DNA from: Octopus sinensis
Lineage: Eukaryota
Direction of reading: 5' to 3'
NCBI RefSeq assembly: GCF_006345805.1
Contig: NC_043008.1
Span: 77,748,001-77,812,000 of the forward strand
DNA: 64,000 nt
Position 1 is the first letter of the stretch. Each line of letters begins with the position of its first letter. Below the pieces are notes generated by a model that saw nothing but the letters and a program-made list of their open reading frames with translations, was not told the DNA's origin and did not search any database. Below, one piece after another: positions 1 through 13,008 of the stretch. The translations under genes were made by a program, and so were the position numbers.

Positions 1-740
1 ATAGTCGAGCTCTGATTGGCTGTATGCAAAGGAATTCATAACTGGAGTCCGGAACTCTCGTGGGGAAAACATTTCGCGTTCCGGGCACCATAGTATCGAA
101 TAGCGGAACGCAGCTTTCGGGGTACGAATTTAAAATTTCTGTGAAAGGTATGCAATCAATTACATCTCTACTCTACCGTACCACACGAGATCAAATGAGC
201 TAGTAGAAAGGTTCGTAGATAAATTTAAACGATCACTAAAAATCAAGAAATGAATTAGGCAATGATGCAGCACTGACTCAATTCTTAAGGGTTTGCAAGG
301 TAACACCTAACCCGAACACCTTTAAGTCGCCCGCAGAGTTAATGTTTGCCCGGATGATAAAATCAATTTTTGATAAATTGTTACCTACAAGAAAAATTTA
401 TAGGGATAACCTAAGAAACATAATAAAGTATTTTAATGTGGGAGATAAAGTTCATTTCAAAATATTTAAGAATGGAAGACAAGGTCAGGCGGACGGTATA
501 GTGACGAAAAGAGTAGGCGGTATGATGTACATAATAAAATGTCAAATAGGAGAGCGCAAACGATATTTGAACCAGTTGAAGACTCGACATACCGAAGAAG
601 GAGAAGAAATACCAATGGAAGTTTGTTATGACTTCTTCCATGTTCCAACGCTAAAAGTGGTTGAACCTAGGCGGATCAGCAATAGAAAGCGTAAACAAAT
701 AGAAAGACTAAAAATAGTCCCAAAGCGAAAGTCGTATTAA
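1..740 (+). mobile_element. Degraded Ty3/Gypsy LTR retrotransposon integrase C-terminal region
   Basis: Translation across frameshifts gives VPGTIVSNSGTQL..EFKNFC..I..STLPYHTRSNELVERFVDKFKRSLK and TPNPNTFKSPAELMFAR..KSIFDKLLP, typical of the rve integrase core and tail. Confidence 0.8.
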
Positions 741-780
741 AACTTCTGAAGAAATTAAGAAAATGGAGAGGTGATGATGA

Positions 781-960
781 AAAAAAGGGGAGATGTTATG
801 GCAAAAATCATGAGGATGGATTAGCCACACTCGTATAAGTGTTTGACTGAGAGCGAGAGAGGAGAAATCGCAGGAAGTCGAAAGGTGTCATTAGTGAATT
901 CGTGGAGTCGCAGAAAATTGTTGTATTACACTGTTATTAGTGCACGACACTAAGATGACA
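781..960 (+). mobile_element. Polypurine tract and probable start of the 3' LTR of the Gypsy remnant
   Basis: AAAAAAGGGGAGA (781-793) is immediately followed by TGTTATGG at 794, downstream of the integrase stop. The LTR end is not resolved. Confidence 0.45.
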
Positions 961-984
961 TATACGATCCCCGTATTATATCCC

Positions 985-1600
985 ATTTAATAGTATATCT
1001 CATATTCTTTTTAACAAATCCCTAATTTTCGCAAAATATCTCTCTCTAATAACTAGGGATACACGTGACATTATTCTTTTAGCCTTGAAGACTATCAGAG
1101 AATTTAAAGGTAAGTTACGGCCGAGGCCCAACACCCCTGATAATTTTGATATAGCTATGGGCCCGAGTGATTCGGCGGAAATTACTAATCTAGTTGGTGC
1201 GTATCTCTTAAAGTGCCTTAATAGAGAAATACCTGAATTGCAGGGAGGTTTATATAGAGATAATGCTAGTGACAATAAATCGGTCATAGAAAGAATGAGG
1301 AAAAGAATCAGAAAATTCTTTAAAAGCTTCAACTTAGAAATCATGTTTGAATATGGCACAAGTCTTTTAGACTCAAACATAAAGCCAATTATACGTCCTT
1401 ATCTAGCAAGATTTGGGAACTGAAAGAAAGTTGGATCGGATTTAGCCTAAAATTGGATATAATACGGGAAGCGCAGCCTTATAGAGATAGTCGAAGTGGG
1501 TGCTCTATGGAAACTTATTAAATTTTTAAGTATAGAGACAAGAACAGCCTTATTAATAATAGATTAGATCTAAGGGTATCATACATGCATAACGTCATCC
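985..1600 (+). mobile_element. Penelope-like element reverse transcriptase remnant
   Basis: ORF 1085-1423 has FDIAMGPSDSAEITNLVG and GLYRDN, resembling the PLE RT motifs FDVTMGxYDGAEVCELVG and GLYRDD, then RIRKFFKSFNLEIMFE. Confidence 0.75.
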
Positions 1601-1799
1601 GTACATTTAAGTATTTTCGTAACTAACGATTATAGTTGCTATACTTGAACTTTGATGGTGGAAATTAATGTTGGTGTCGTATCCGTTGTAAACTTAACCT
1701 CTAGTATTTGATATAATAAAATCATGTAATATTATGTTATATGGTGAATTATATTGCACTGCATATGTTATAAGCTATGTATTATGGTATGTGGTGTGC

Positions 1800-2440
1800 T
1801 ATATATAATACTATCCCATGATAACCCTTGCCTAGTTAGTCTTGACTTCTTTCTATTTTAGTGATTACACTATTTTCCTTTCTATGATGTTCTACCCTAC
1901 TGATCATATCATTTATATTTGTAGTGACTTTATGTAAGCAAGTCTCCTTTTGACTAAATCATAAACCCTAGAAACTATAAAATCATAATACAATAACACC
2001 TGTAACATTACAACATATAAAATCTCTTCGGTCTGAATACCTTTAACTACCCTCACTACTTCCATACCATTTTAGCCCATCTTTTCTGGTTATCTTTATA
2101 TTTTCCCTACTACTAATTTTAATCGCCTGTAAATTCTTATTATTTTGTTTTCTTATTTTGATATCCTTACCAATTAACCTCTTATCCCTTATAAACACAA
2201 AGTATCCCAACACACACAAAGTAATTTTTTAAACCATCGAATGAGATACAACGCTTCAATATTGTTACTTTGTAATATCTTCGTCAAGTCACTTAACACT
2301 ACTCCTCCTATACCACATTCATACCAGGTATATCAGTAGGCTTAATCTTGATCTTACAAGTGCAGCTTGGGTGGAATATTTGGCAGCCGAATAACTCAAG
2401 ATCTCCTTAACAACCTGTACGGTGGGTGGGAGCTATACTA
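1800..2440 (-). mobile_element. Heavily degraded PLE RT remnant in the opposite orientation
   Basis: Minus-strand patches such as LIRWFKKL and LYYDFIVSRVYDL weakly resemble the PLE RT segment VIxWFKxI...FDIVxFYPSI. Many stops. Confidence 0.3.
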
Positions 2441-3146
2441 GTAGCATATGATTATCTTATCTTATACTCAGATACCTTTACACACACAAACGCCCACAAG
2501 CACCCACATGTACAGACTACAGGTAGAGGTACACGCGCACACAAGCATGCACATTGATATATACGCCTTAACACATAGGTACACAGTCAAATGGGTAGAC
2601 ATAAAGAGACAAAGAGATAGGGATAGGAGAGAAAGAGAAAAACAAAAGGAAGAGAGAAACGTGTGCGGAAACACATACTGACTCATGCGCTTGCACTCAC
2701 ACAAACACGCACAGACGTATGCACATGGTAATTCAAATTTATTGCACATTTAAGATAAACACACTCAAGCATAAATGCAAATACATATATATCAACACTA
2801 CACAAACACAGCCATATCTAAACACACACAAATACTCACACACGCCCAAGAATATACAAAGATTCTCGTGTTCACACAGGGATACACAGAAACAGAAGTG
2901 TGTGCACGCATGTACACATAGATACACAATGATATACAAGGATACACGGACATAGAGGGATGCACAAGGATACATTTAGAACAGCGTATGTATGGATGTG
3001 TATATGCGCTTGTGTGTATGAGTTACTGTTTACATTTACATTAGACTGGGTATTTGTTTCCCAACTGTTACAGAGTTTACACGTACATGTTTTACTGTGT
3101 ATGTGCATATGTGTGTGTGTATGTCTGTACATATATATATATATAC

Positions 3147-3175
3147 ATTATGGTCTCTTAGACGACTCATGTATG

Positions 3176-3206
<31 letters not shown>

Positions 3207-3239
3207 ACACATATATATATATATATATTATATATATAT

Positions 3240-3281
<42 letters not shown>

Positions 3282-3385
3282 ATATATATATAATATATAT
3301 AATATTAATTAGAGACAAAACCACTATTATGCATTTCCCTGTAAATTTGGATTTAGTCCCTAATATTTATTATTATATAATATAA

Positions 3386-3456
<71 letters not shown>

Positions 3457-3459
3457 AAG

Positions 3460-3506
<47 letters not shown>

Positions 3507-3535
3507 CATACGTGAGTCGTCTAAGAGACCATAAT
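3147..3535. repeat. Inverted repeat enclosing (CA)n/(TA)n tracts
   Basis: ATTATGGTCTCTTAGACGACTCATGTATGCACAC at 3147 and its reverse complement (1 mismatch) ending at 3535. The inner microsatellites are also mirrored. Confidence 0.85.
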
Positions 3536-4117
3536 CGAGCATGTTGTGAATGTAAATATGTCAGAGCGGCTACCGCTTTTAATGGTCACTAGTGAGTAGA
3601 CGTCACGACTAATTAACCAATTTATAATAGTTTAGCTATAAATACAGAATATTTAGGAATCATAAAAGCACGTTGAAAATCTAAGCTGAAGACCCTGTAA
3701 TGGTTATTGACATTCTCTTTCTCTCTTTTTCTCTCTCTCTCTCTCTTTCACTCTCCCGCTTTCGCCTTCTCTCTCTCTCTCTCTCTCACGCCCAATCTCC
3801 CTCCCTCTTCTACATAAACAGTACAAGAGACTGGGAAATGTTGACTCTTCCAAATGATTGTCCGTGAGAACATATCTTACACACCTTATCTACATACCAA
3901 GGAATAAAAATATCTTCGCCCTGTATATGAATAGACTATTTTACACCCGCAAGCAAGCACCCACACGCACATACATATATACACATACGCACATATACAC
4001 ACACGAATATATTAAGTAGGTATTAAAAACGTTTTTACTTGAATAAAGTATTCAATAGTTAATAATTAAATATTTCTTTTAAAACATTTAAGAGAGAAAA
4101 TTTTTGAATGTATATTA

Positions 4118-4156
<39 letters not shown>

Positions 4157-4321
4157 GTATGTATGTATATGTATGTGTGTGTATGTACATACACGTGTAC
4201 GTACATGTATACAGAATGAGTTATGTGTATAATATATATATATACCCATGCATATATACATGTATACATATATAGTACGCATGTATACATAGTATGTATA
4301 TGAATGTATATATATATATAC

Positions 4322-4458
<137 letters not shown>

Positions 4459-4975
4459 CGTATATGGGTGTAAAAGTGTACGTCTTAATTACCAATGCAT
4501 ACGTGAAATAACACCGTACCTATCAATGAGTGAGTGCATGCGTACGCGCAAAATAAAAAAGTTTCTTTCATAAACATAGCTCGGACAATCCTGGTTAACG
4601 TTGTCGTGCACAGACACACACGCAGAAACGCACGCACACACACATACACTCTCTCATACACCCACCACACACACGTGCCTGCTTCCCCTCCCACACACAG
4701 TGCTAGTGAGAGATAGGATTCAGCTGGTACAACGACCCGGGTTCCAGGGATGCAAAGAAGGGATTGTTGGGTAGAGATCAATGAAGATCAATAGATAGAG
4801 ACTCATGCATCACTAACACGGCGAGGAGATTCCCATCTCTTTCCAGATGAGGCCCAAAACAATTTCTTTCTACTTTACAATTTTTTTTCTCGGAGGCCCT
4901 AGCTATGTGTGCAAATTATAGATACATACACACTCTTTCACACACACACACATACACACATGCATATATGTGTGT

Positions 4976-5017
<42 letters not shown>

Positions 5018-5769
5018 TATATGCGTGAGTATGTGTGCCTGCGCACGAAATGTGTGCATTTTACACAAATTGTAAATCTGTTTAGATGTTTATAATCATT
5101 CTCAGGCAAGCATGAAAGAATGCTCTTAACTACAAGTCCTTATATAATTACAGATGCATATATATGTGTGTGTGTGCGTGTGTGTTTGTGTATTTGTGTA
5201 AAATAAGGAAGGGTTGTTGCAATACCTTACCTTGAGGTCATTGTTGTATAAATCACTTTGCCAGCTTTGTCTGTATTATCTCAAATCTGAAGATCTGTGC
5301 CTCCTGTTTCGATATCAGCACACATCTGCGGAAGATTTGTATGACCAACTCCTTCTTTCACTACTACTACCTCCACCACCACCACAACTACTACTACTAC
5401 TACTACTACTACCACTACTACTACTACTACTACTACTATCTCTCCTTCGGCTTGACTGTTACCCTCTCCTCCGACTGCCACTCGCTAATTGGCCGACGCC
5501 ATCGGAATCTCTCGGCGACCTGTTGTCAACTTCTCAGCCGTCACAAGTCCTCGCTGACTTTCCAGTCCTGCCTCGCGCCGCCTGTCAGTTAAAACAACAA
5601 TAACTACAACACCAAAGGTAGCTGTGGTAGCAGTGATGGTAGTGGTCGTGGTAGTGATGGATATAGTGGTTGTGGTGCTGGCGGGAAGGGTGATTGTTGT
5701 GGCATTGCCTCTCGTCGAGGTAATCTCAGCTGTAACAGTTGTGGTAGTGATTACAGTGATAATGGTGAC

Positions 5770-5817
<48 letters not shown>

Positions 5818-6035
5818 AAGAAGAAGAAGAACACGAAGAAGAAGATAGTATGACCGCGGAAATACCCTGTTAAGATGTTACTTCTATTCTGATGCATAAT
5901 TTCAATATAGGGTTGGCGAAAATAGATTAAATGTAAAGTTTAACTCTGTATATTAATTATACAATACCATATCACAGGTCTTTTATACAAAATATATTAT
6001 CTCTTTATTACGTTTGTGTATTTGTATTCGAGGAT

Positions 6036-6160
6036 GGGGATAAGTCAATTACATTGACCCCAGTGCTCGGCGGAATTTTGAACTCAGACCGTAAAACGAC
6101 GGACGAAATCCCGCTAAGCATTTCGACCGGCGCGGTAACAATTTTGCCAGCTCGTTGCCT
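6036..6160 (-). mobile_element. Octopus-type SINE, internally deleted copy
   Basis: Reverse complement reads GGCAACGAGCTGGCAAAATTGTTA..GAAATGCTTAGCGG..GAGTTCAAAATTCCGCCGAG (A/B-box-like head), homologous to the copies at 16454 and 32301. Confidence 0.75.
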
Positions 6161-6180
6161 TAGTAATAATAATGATAATA

Positions 6181-6290
6181 TTAATGGTTTCAAATTTTGG
6201 CACATGGCCAGCAACTTCGGGAGAGTGGGGTAAGACGAAATAGAGTTAAATATTTAGCCCGGCGTGCTAACGAGTTTGCCAGCTCGCCGC

Positions 6291-6291
<1 letters not shown>
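6181..6291 (-). mobile_element. Second SINE fragment of the same family
   Basis: GCGGCGAGCTGGCAAACTCGTTAGCACGCCGGGC head and GGCCATGTGCCAAAATTTGAAACCATT tail on the minus strand. Confidence 0.65.
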
Positions 6292-6292
<1 letters not shown>

Positions 6293-6339
<47 letters not shown>

Positions 6340-6343
6340 TAAC

Positions 6344-6375
<32 letters not shown>

Positions 6376-6480
6376 TAATAATAATAATAATAATAATAAT
6401 ATAATAATAATAATAATATAATAATGATAATAATAATGATAATAATAATAATGATAATAATAATAATGATGATGATGATT
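6293..6480. repeat. (AAT)n/(GAT)n microsatellite
   Basis: Directly visible. Confidence 0.95.
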
Positions 6481-6609
6481 TCTTTATTAACCACAAGGGT
6501 TTACATGAAGACAAACATTACAGATAGAACAGGACAAAACAAAATTAATGTGTGTATGCGTGTGAGTGTGTGTAGTTGTGAGGGTTTTGCATGTAAACAA
6601 GACTAATAT

Positions 6610-6812
6610 ATTCAGAGTCAAGACTATTGAAAAGGTTGCAAGACGCAACGAAAATTTTAGAAAATAAAAATAAGGAATAAGTGGAAATTTTACTGGTGAG
6701 TGTGTTAAATAATAAGGCACTAAAAGAGAATGACTCTCCCCATACACAACAGAATATGCTTCAACACACGAACTCATATAAAGAATCTTGCAAACCAAAT
6801 CCAAAAACGAAA
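6610..6812. repeat. Interspersed repeat shared with 62678-62870
   Basis: AGTCAAGACTATTGAAAAGGTTGCAAGACG...GGTGAGTGTGTTA...ATGACTCTCCCC...GAACTCATATAAAGAA...CAAATCCAAAAACGAAA occurs at both loci. Confidence 0.8.
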
Positions 6813-6829
6813 GACTAATATAATTTTTT

Positions 6830-9130
6830 AAAAAGTGAGATCAACAATGTGTAATCCTCAATAGGGAGGAGACGCTCGAGGGCTGCTCATAGAAAAACCC
6901 CATAAAAACTATGGGTACCTTGACTTTTGGGGCAGGTGACTTTTTATTTTATTCTTTTTTTTTTTGTCGTTTCCTTTCCTCTTTCCAACTACAGGCTTAT
7001 TCTCAGGCCAGGCCAGTTCGCTCGTACCATTCTCGCCACTTTCATCCACCTTTCGGCAAACTAACTAGAAGACAACACTTCCTTCTCTACCCTTATTCTC
7101 TTTTAGAAGTGAAACTTGAAAAAGTTCACCAGGGATTGACCAGAGAGAAAAGTATTTGTTTTCAGTCCCTTTCCCTGAAATCATTGCACAGGTGACCCCG
7201 CTTCCAAGGTGACCCAAGGCCATGTACATTCGATTTTGTACACGACTATGTTGTTGGAAAAAGTGAAGAAAAGGGAAAACTTACTTGGTTTTGTTTGCAG
7301 GGGTGGGTTGCCAGTCCCTACCGTTGGCTTAGGGTTTTTGCAACGGTAAGTCGCCAAGAATCCTCTTGGTAACATTCTGGCGAACATCTCCGATTTCCTG
7401 TGGGAAATGTGTTTTTAAGTGTGTGTATAAGTTTTGTGTTGTTTGAATGATTTGTGTGTGTGCAGGTAAGGAGGATGTGGGTGCGAGAAAAAATCTTTTG
7501 CTGTAACGTTTGTGCGTATTGTTACATATTTCATTAATTCATCGATGGCTGAAATTATTGCCATGTAGTTCGTAATGTTACTGTCTTTATTTTGTGTTTT
7601 TTATTGTTGTTGTTGTGGTGGTGGTGGTTGTGATTGTTGTTATTACGTGTGTGGAATGGCTTGTGTTTCAAGTGTTAGAGGTGGTGATGTCGATGCGGTG
7701 TTCGTTTTGGACGTGTTTGTTCTTCTTGTTTTGATTTTTTTCCTTTCCACTTCTTGTGTGGATGAGGATTGTTATTGTTGTTGTGTTTCCATGTTTATTT
7801 TCCCTTCAGTCTCTTTTACGTTTTTTCTTGTTTTTTGTTTTTAACTGTCAGTCTTCATCGCGGTCCGTCTCTCCAGCTATGATGTCCATCCGCTCTGTAT
7901 CGGGAAGTGGAACAACTTCGGGCGCTGAGAAATGTTTGGGTGAACTCGGTGTCGGTATGGATGTTGGTGTTGGTGTTGGGGGTGCTATGGCTGAATCTGC
8001 TGATGGTGATAGTGCTGCTGCTGTTGTCGCTGGAGTTCTGGTGGCCGTTGTTGGTGTAGAGCGGGAAGGTGTCCGTCTCTCTTTTTCGTTTAGCTTGGCG
8101 CAGTTGATTTTTAAATACTTAGGTGAAAAGCAATAGTAGCACTTTGGTTTTCTTCCATAACTCTGACAGGAATTATGCTACCTTCAGGAAGATTTAGTTT
8201 AGGATAAGATCCACATTCTTTTGTTTTGTTTGAATGAGGAATTCTACGGTCATCCCAGACCAGTTTTCCATCTTGGTCTGATAGGCTTCGAGGATTTTCG
8301 AGTTTTCCTCAATGTCTATCACCACTGCTGCAATTAGCCAAGGAATGGCTATTTCTGGCGGCACCTGCTGGATTATAATTTTTGCCAGTCTCTGACCGCA
8401 GTAGTAAGGATCTAGCAACAGCTCCTCGCTTTTGAGGGGATTCAGAGAATGAATTTTAGCTTCTTCCTGGGTGTGGAATCGAATGTCCACCATTCGATAG
8501 TCCTTTCCTCTCTGTATATATTCCTTTAGATCCCAGACGGAACCTAAAGCTTGTTTTATTTGAGCTTCTGCGGCTTTTCCACCGTTCTTGACTTTAACTT
8601 GATTGTACGCTATGTCACTGTGCGAGGTATCATAGCTTGGATATCATAGCTTGGGGTTTTCAGCTTTACAGCTAGTCCATCTCTCTGGACTAGTTGTCTA
8701 GCATATTTCAGTTCTTCTTCAGAGAATTGTATTTTCTGGAGAGATGATTTAGTTACTCCGGCAAAAGAGAGCTTTGAAAGGCTGTTCCAAGCCGTTCTAG
8801 CGGTTTGCGTCTTAGCTCTTTCATTGTCTTTGTCATTGTTGTTGTTGCTTTTGTTGCTGCCGTTGTTGGTTTTCTATTGCTGTTGTCACATTTGTTATTG
8901 TTGTTGATGGTGCCGCTGTTGTTGTTGTCGTTGTTGTTGTTACTGTTCCTGCTGTTGCTGTTATTGCAGCCAACTTATCTGCTGCCTCGCTCACGGAAGG
9001 GCTTTCACCGTTTAAACTCTCGAAGCTAATGTTTTCCCATTGAATAATATTGTTAAATAGAGAGTCTTTGCGTTTCAAAAGATCCTCTGAGTGATTTTCC
9101 TTGAATACATTGGCTCCGTTGTCCCACTCG
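6830..9130 (-). mobile_element. Tx1-clade LINE derivative: degraded ORF1, first ~25 codons of ORF2 fused to the last ~55 codons of ORF2, and 3' UTR
   Basis: ORF1 patch VDIRFHTQEEAKIHSL..DPYYCGQRLAKIIIQQVPPE..NWSG aligns with the other ORF1s and has a knuckle-like CYYC..PKYLKINC. Near 7180, NVHGLGSPWKRGHLCND (endonuclease start) joins KGLKTNTFLSGQSLVNFFK..ERWMKVARMVR (ORF2 end). Confidence 0.8.
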
Positions 9131-9184
9131 TTTGTTTCCAGTCATTGTCCGACTGGTAGAGGGCTGTCAGCGCCTGACAACAGT

Positions 9185-11040
9185 CTAGGTGCTAAGCGCC
9201 CAATCTCGGTCTTCTCTTCACCCAGGATTGCAGCTCCGTCAAAGAGATGAATTGCCGAAAGTCGTGCCTCACAAATGAAGCCCACACATGCTCACCGTCC
9301 AGAAATCGTTGTAGGTGGCGCAACCTGAGTGCGTGTCTTCGCATCAGAAGCCATAGCATGCTTAAACCGCTACGCAGATGGTGCCGGCAGCAGACAGCCT
9401 GACCATTGGAATGTGTCCCTTGCACAAGAAAATAAATAGGAGACGCTCCAACCTGGTCAAGCAGTAACCGGAGCAGGGCACGACAGTGAGGGGGTAAATG
9501 ATAACGGAGTCCACCTTTGCCCGACTTTTCGGGCACAGCTTCCTCTCTGCTCATTTCTGGGTAAGACTGGCCACCTTGTTCGTCGCCTCGTCCCAGTTCT
9601 TATCCACCTGGAGGTCGGAACAGAACCAGACCCTAAGCAGTTTAACTGGTTCGTCAGTCCAACGTCCCACAACATCGTCTGACAGCATTGACCTACCTAC
9701 GTCTCCACGTGCCAGGCTGCAAAATACCTGACTTGTCGACGTTAATTTTGCTTCCTGCAACCGACTCGTATTCTTTTAGAAAGTAGCCGATCGTCTTCAC
9801 ATCGGTGGTGTCCGACATCATGACAGTGACGTCGTCTGCGTACGCCGACACTGCTCTTCTGTGTCCCTGTTCGAAAGAGATGCTCCTTAGCTATTCCAAC
9901 TTCCGCAACAGTGGCTTGAAAGCCAGCACCTACAGAAGAGGCGACGGAATGAGAGTGCGATGTGAAACGGTTCCGATACGTGACCGTTCACTTTGACTAC
10001 CGATCAGCTTCCGCTGTGCATTTCTGCGATCCAGCCTCTGAAAACGGGTCCGAAACCGTCCGCTTTCAGTGCGGTTTAAGGAAGCGATGATTAACTCTAT
10101 CGAATTCTTTGGATTGATCCAAATGGACCAGAGCCCCACCGAAGTCAGTTTTAGTTCCAGCCCTCTCTATGATGTATCGCAAAAGGTGGGGGTTGTCCTG
10201 GATTGTTCTATTCAGGATAGCGCATGTTTGCGCTTCCCTCACCAGACTACCGACGACAAGCGTCAAACTTTTCGCTAAAACCTTGGCCAAAATCTTAAAC
10301 TTTGTGTTTAGCAGATTTATGGGTCTAAAATTCCCTAGCACGAATCCATTGTCGTCACCCTTCCTCAGTAGTGTCACCACACACCGGCTAACAACACTAG
10401 GCATTTTCCCCTTTCTGCTGATAGTTACCGTAGACATCTACCAAGAGGCCACTAACAACTCAGGCATGAGCTCATAGAACTCATAATGCATACCATCCAA
10501 CCAGGCAACTTGCGACTTGTGCAATCACTCATCGCCTCCCGTATTTCAGCGGCCATTACCAGCTTTTCGCAGAGCCTCGCACTCGCTGCCGAGAGCCGCA
10601 GCAGGCAGTCGAGGTACGAATTAAAGTCCGCTACTGTCGTCAACCCATCTCTTTCCAACCATCAAACATCCTCGCGAAGTGTTGCTGGAAAGTCACGCAC
10701 ATATGTTCAGAACTGAGTATCACGCGCTCTGTGTTTTGTTACCACGTCACGCCTCAACCATTCGGGCCCATCGGACGGCTTTAGTCCCTTCGTGTTTGAG
10801 CGCACAGGATCTAGCTCTGACAACTCAGCCTTTGTGTTTCGTCTCGAAGAAATGGTCAAGGCCATTCTCGCCTCTAGCACATCGATTACAATGCCTTTAT
10901 TAATAGCCTCTTCCAGTTTGCTAAGACGTTCTCCCTCTAATCTATTCCTTTCTATTGCTAACTTCTTGCTGAACGTTATCGATTCTACCCTAATTGCCCT
11001 TTTCAAGGCGATCCACCATCGGTTGTTGATGATTTCCCCC
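9185..11040 (-). mobile_element. Degraded Tx1-clade ORF2 fragment (linker, RT, thumb)
   Basis: EIINNRWWIALKRAI, NFRPINLLNTKFKILAKVL, LDQSKEFDRV, SAYADD, GRWTDEPVKLLRVWF and PWLLMRRHALRL-like motifs across frameshifts. Confidence 0.9.
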
Positions 11041-11209
11041 TAGCGTAACTGGAATGTGTGCCGCCCGGAGCGGCCCTTCCGTTTGCCACCTCCGGATCCC
11101 TCAACAAACACATATTGCCTACAGCAATAGCCAACAGGATGAAAAGTGCCGTCCCTTTAAATGTGCTTTCGAGGCGGACCGCTCCACCCACCACCACCAA
11201 TTACACTAG
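11040..11209. mobile_element. Small GC-rich MITE-like insertion
   Basis: Imperfect terminal inverted repeat CTAGCGTAACTGG / CCAATTACACTAG (11 of 13), with internal GCCGCCCGGAGCGGC and GAGGCGGACCGC. Abuts the truncated 5' end of the Tx1 ORF2 fragment. Confidence 0.5.
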
Positions 11210-11646
11210 TAAATATAGGCATAATGCCTTAATTTTGTTAGGATGATGCTAGTCGATAATATTGACCCAATGCTCAACCGGTACGCATTTTACTGACATC
11301 GCTGGGATGTGAACTCTGAACGTGAGGAACTGTAACTAAATATTGCACGACACTAACGATTTAGATATTTAATTCCATCTTAAATTATAATACTTTATGA
11401 AAGCATACTATCGGAAGTTTTGGTCGGAGGAATTACTTAGTTTTATAGAACAAAGTCCTTAACTGGTTCGGGACAATGATAAGGGATTCCTACACAGACA
11501 TTTGAAATAGCAATGTTGTCGATTTGATCGACACTTGCTGTCAGTTATGAAGTATTACTAGAAACGTTTTATTTTTCATCTATTTCAGTGCGATTTAACA
11601 GCTACTCACACACACGCAAACACGTGCACGCACACACACACACACA

Positions 11647-11707
<61 letters not shown>

Positions 11708-12292
11708 ATACAGAGTAGATTATTAGGGTTAAGATAATCCAGATGTTTACCTCGGGAAGCACTTATATGCACGGTAGCAATCTGAAAATTGCAAAGGAGA
11801 ATCTCCCTTGGAAACTGATGTTTCGAACAAACAGGAAATCCGTCACTTCCATTTCCGTCGTAGTGTATGAGTAATAAAAACTAAAGATTGGAGTTATTTT
11901 TATTTCATGGTTGGCAATTATTTCAATAACTCCACAGTGACTATTCTTGCATAAAGTCTATGGACATGTATGTTAATAACGATCTAGTTGTGCATGCTAC
12001 GTAATGTACATTACATAGTAGCTCTTCGAATTGTTTCATTGAACCGTTCATGTCGATATATTTATATTGAAAAACAATACATATCTATATATGCCGCAGA
12101 CTATGATTGGTTGGTGAAAATGAATTAAATACAAAATACATTATCTATTGACATTATGCTGGAAAAATCACCGCCGAGTTTTTGACATAATTATCAACCA
12201 TGAAATTAAAATATCTTAAACACCAATCCCCAATAAATATATATATATATAATAAATCTCTGAACGAGGTATAGACAGTAACTGCACGACAA

Positions 12293-12966
12293 TGTGAAGT
12301 ATATTTGCCATCTAAATATGGCTAACCACTAAGGGTGGATGTTACTGTAGCTTGTAGCCCCAGAAAAAAATCTCCAGCTGGCTATTGACACACTTTCTGT
12401 GCCCTATCGGTATTTACAAAGGGAGGTCATCCTTCCCTCGTCAAACTAAGTGATACGCACGGACTGCAGTTTTTGGGTATTGACCCGTCATCAGCGCACG
12501 GCAATCACCTTTCTCTTTATTATAGGCATGTAGACTGAATATAAAAAAGGACATTACAATTTACATACAAAACAATACAAAATTTGGGGTACATAAAACA
12601 AATAATGAATATGAAATGAGTTATGTGTAATGGGAAATGGAATGGCTTACGAGTCCCTCAAGCTCGCAGTTTCATTTATACATTTTGCAACTGTTCCACT
12701 TATCCATCAGATATATATTAGATGACATCCTCCATCCCAATCACGTCGGGCAGGCTATCATAGCGAACGTCTATTTTACTTACTTTAATCTTTTCTTTAA
12801 ATGTCTACCAATTTGTCTATTTTTTCTTTTTCTATTAACACCGCTCTAGCGCTTGGATCGAACATGCCGTTTTCTAATTTCACTCGTATCAGTCCTTTTG
12901 TTTTTGTTAATCTTTTTTCAATCTCCATATTTTTTTCGTAAAAAATTAAGCTTCTTATGTTTTCTC
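12293..12966 (-). repeat. 674-bp inverted duplicate of 14236-14909
   Basis: Reverse complement matches the ORF1 3' end, 3' UTR, target duplication, hammerhead and about 150 bp of flank, with about 8 substitutions counted by eye. Confidence 0.97.
12449..12509 (-). ncRNA. Hammerhead-ribozyme-like motif, duplicate copy with core GAAA mutated to AAAA (probably inactive)
   Basis: Minus strand reads GGTGATTGCCGTGCG-CTGATGA-CGGGTCAATACCCA-AAAA-CTGCAGTC-CGTGCGTATCACT, with G12 replaced by A at position 12473. Confidence 0.6.
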
Positions 12967-12993
12967 AGTGACGAAAAGTCACTGGAAAAAGGA

Positions 12994-13008
12994 TATAAAT
13001 ATTTGCAT
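12994..13008 (+). promoter_or_regulatory. TATA-like box (TATAAATA) overlapping an octamer motif (ATTTGCAT)
   Basis: Motifs directly visible just upstream of the 5' strand of the reconstructed hammerhead stem. Function is inferred only. Confidence 0.3.

Noticed and set aside
3595-3650. CRE-like, CCAAT and TATA motifs in promoter order
   Set aside because: These are short motifs in AT-rich DNA with no downstream gene identified.
11003-11246. Overlapping 62-65 aa ORFs suggesting an exon
   Set aside because: No recognisable family, and better explained as a GC-rich MITE with TIRs.
12293-12966. Twin-priming 5' inversion as the origin of the inverted arm
   Set aside because: The arm duplicates the 3' end and non-element flanking DNA, which twin priming does not produce.
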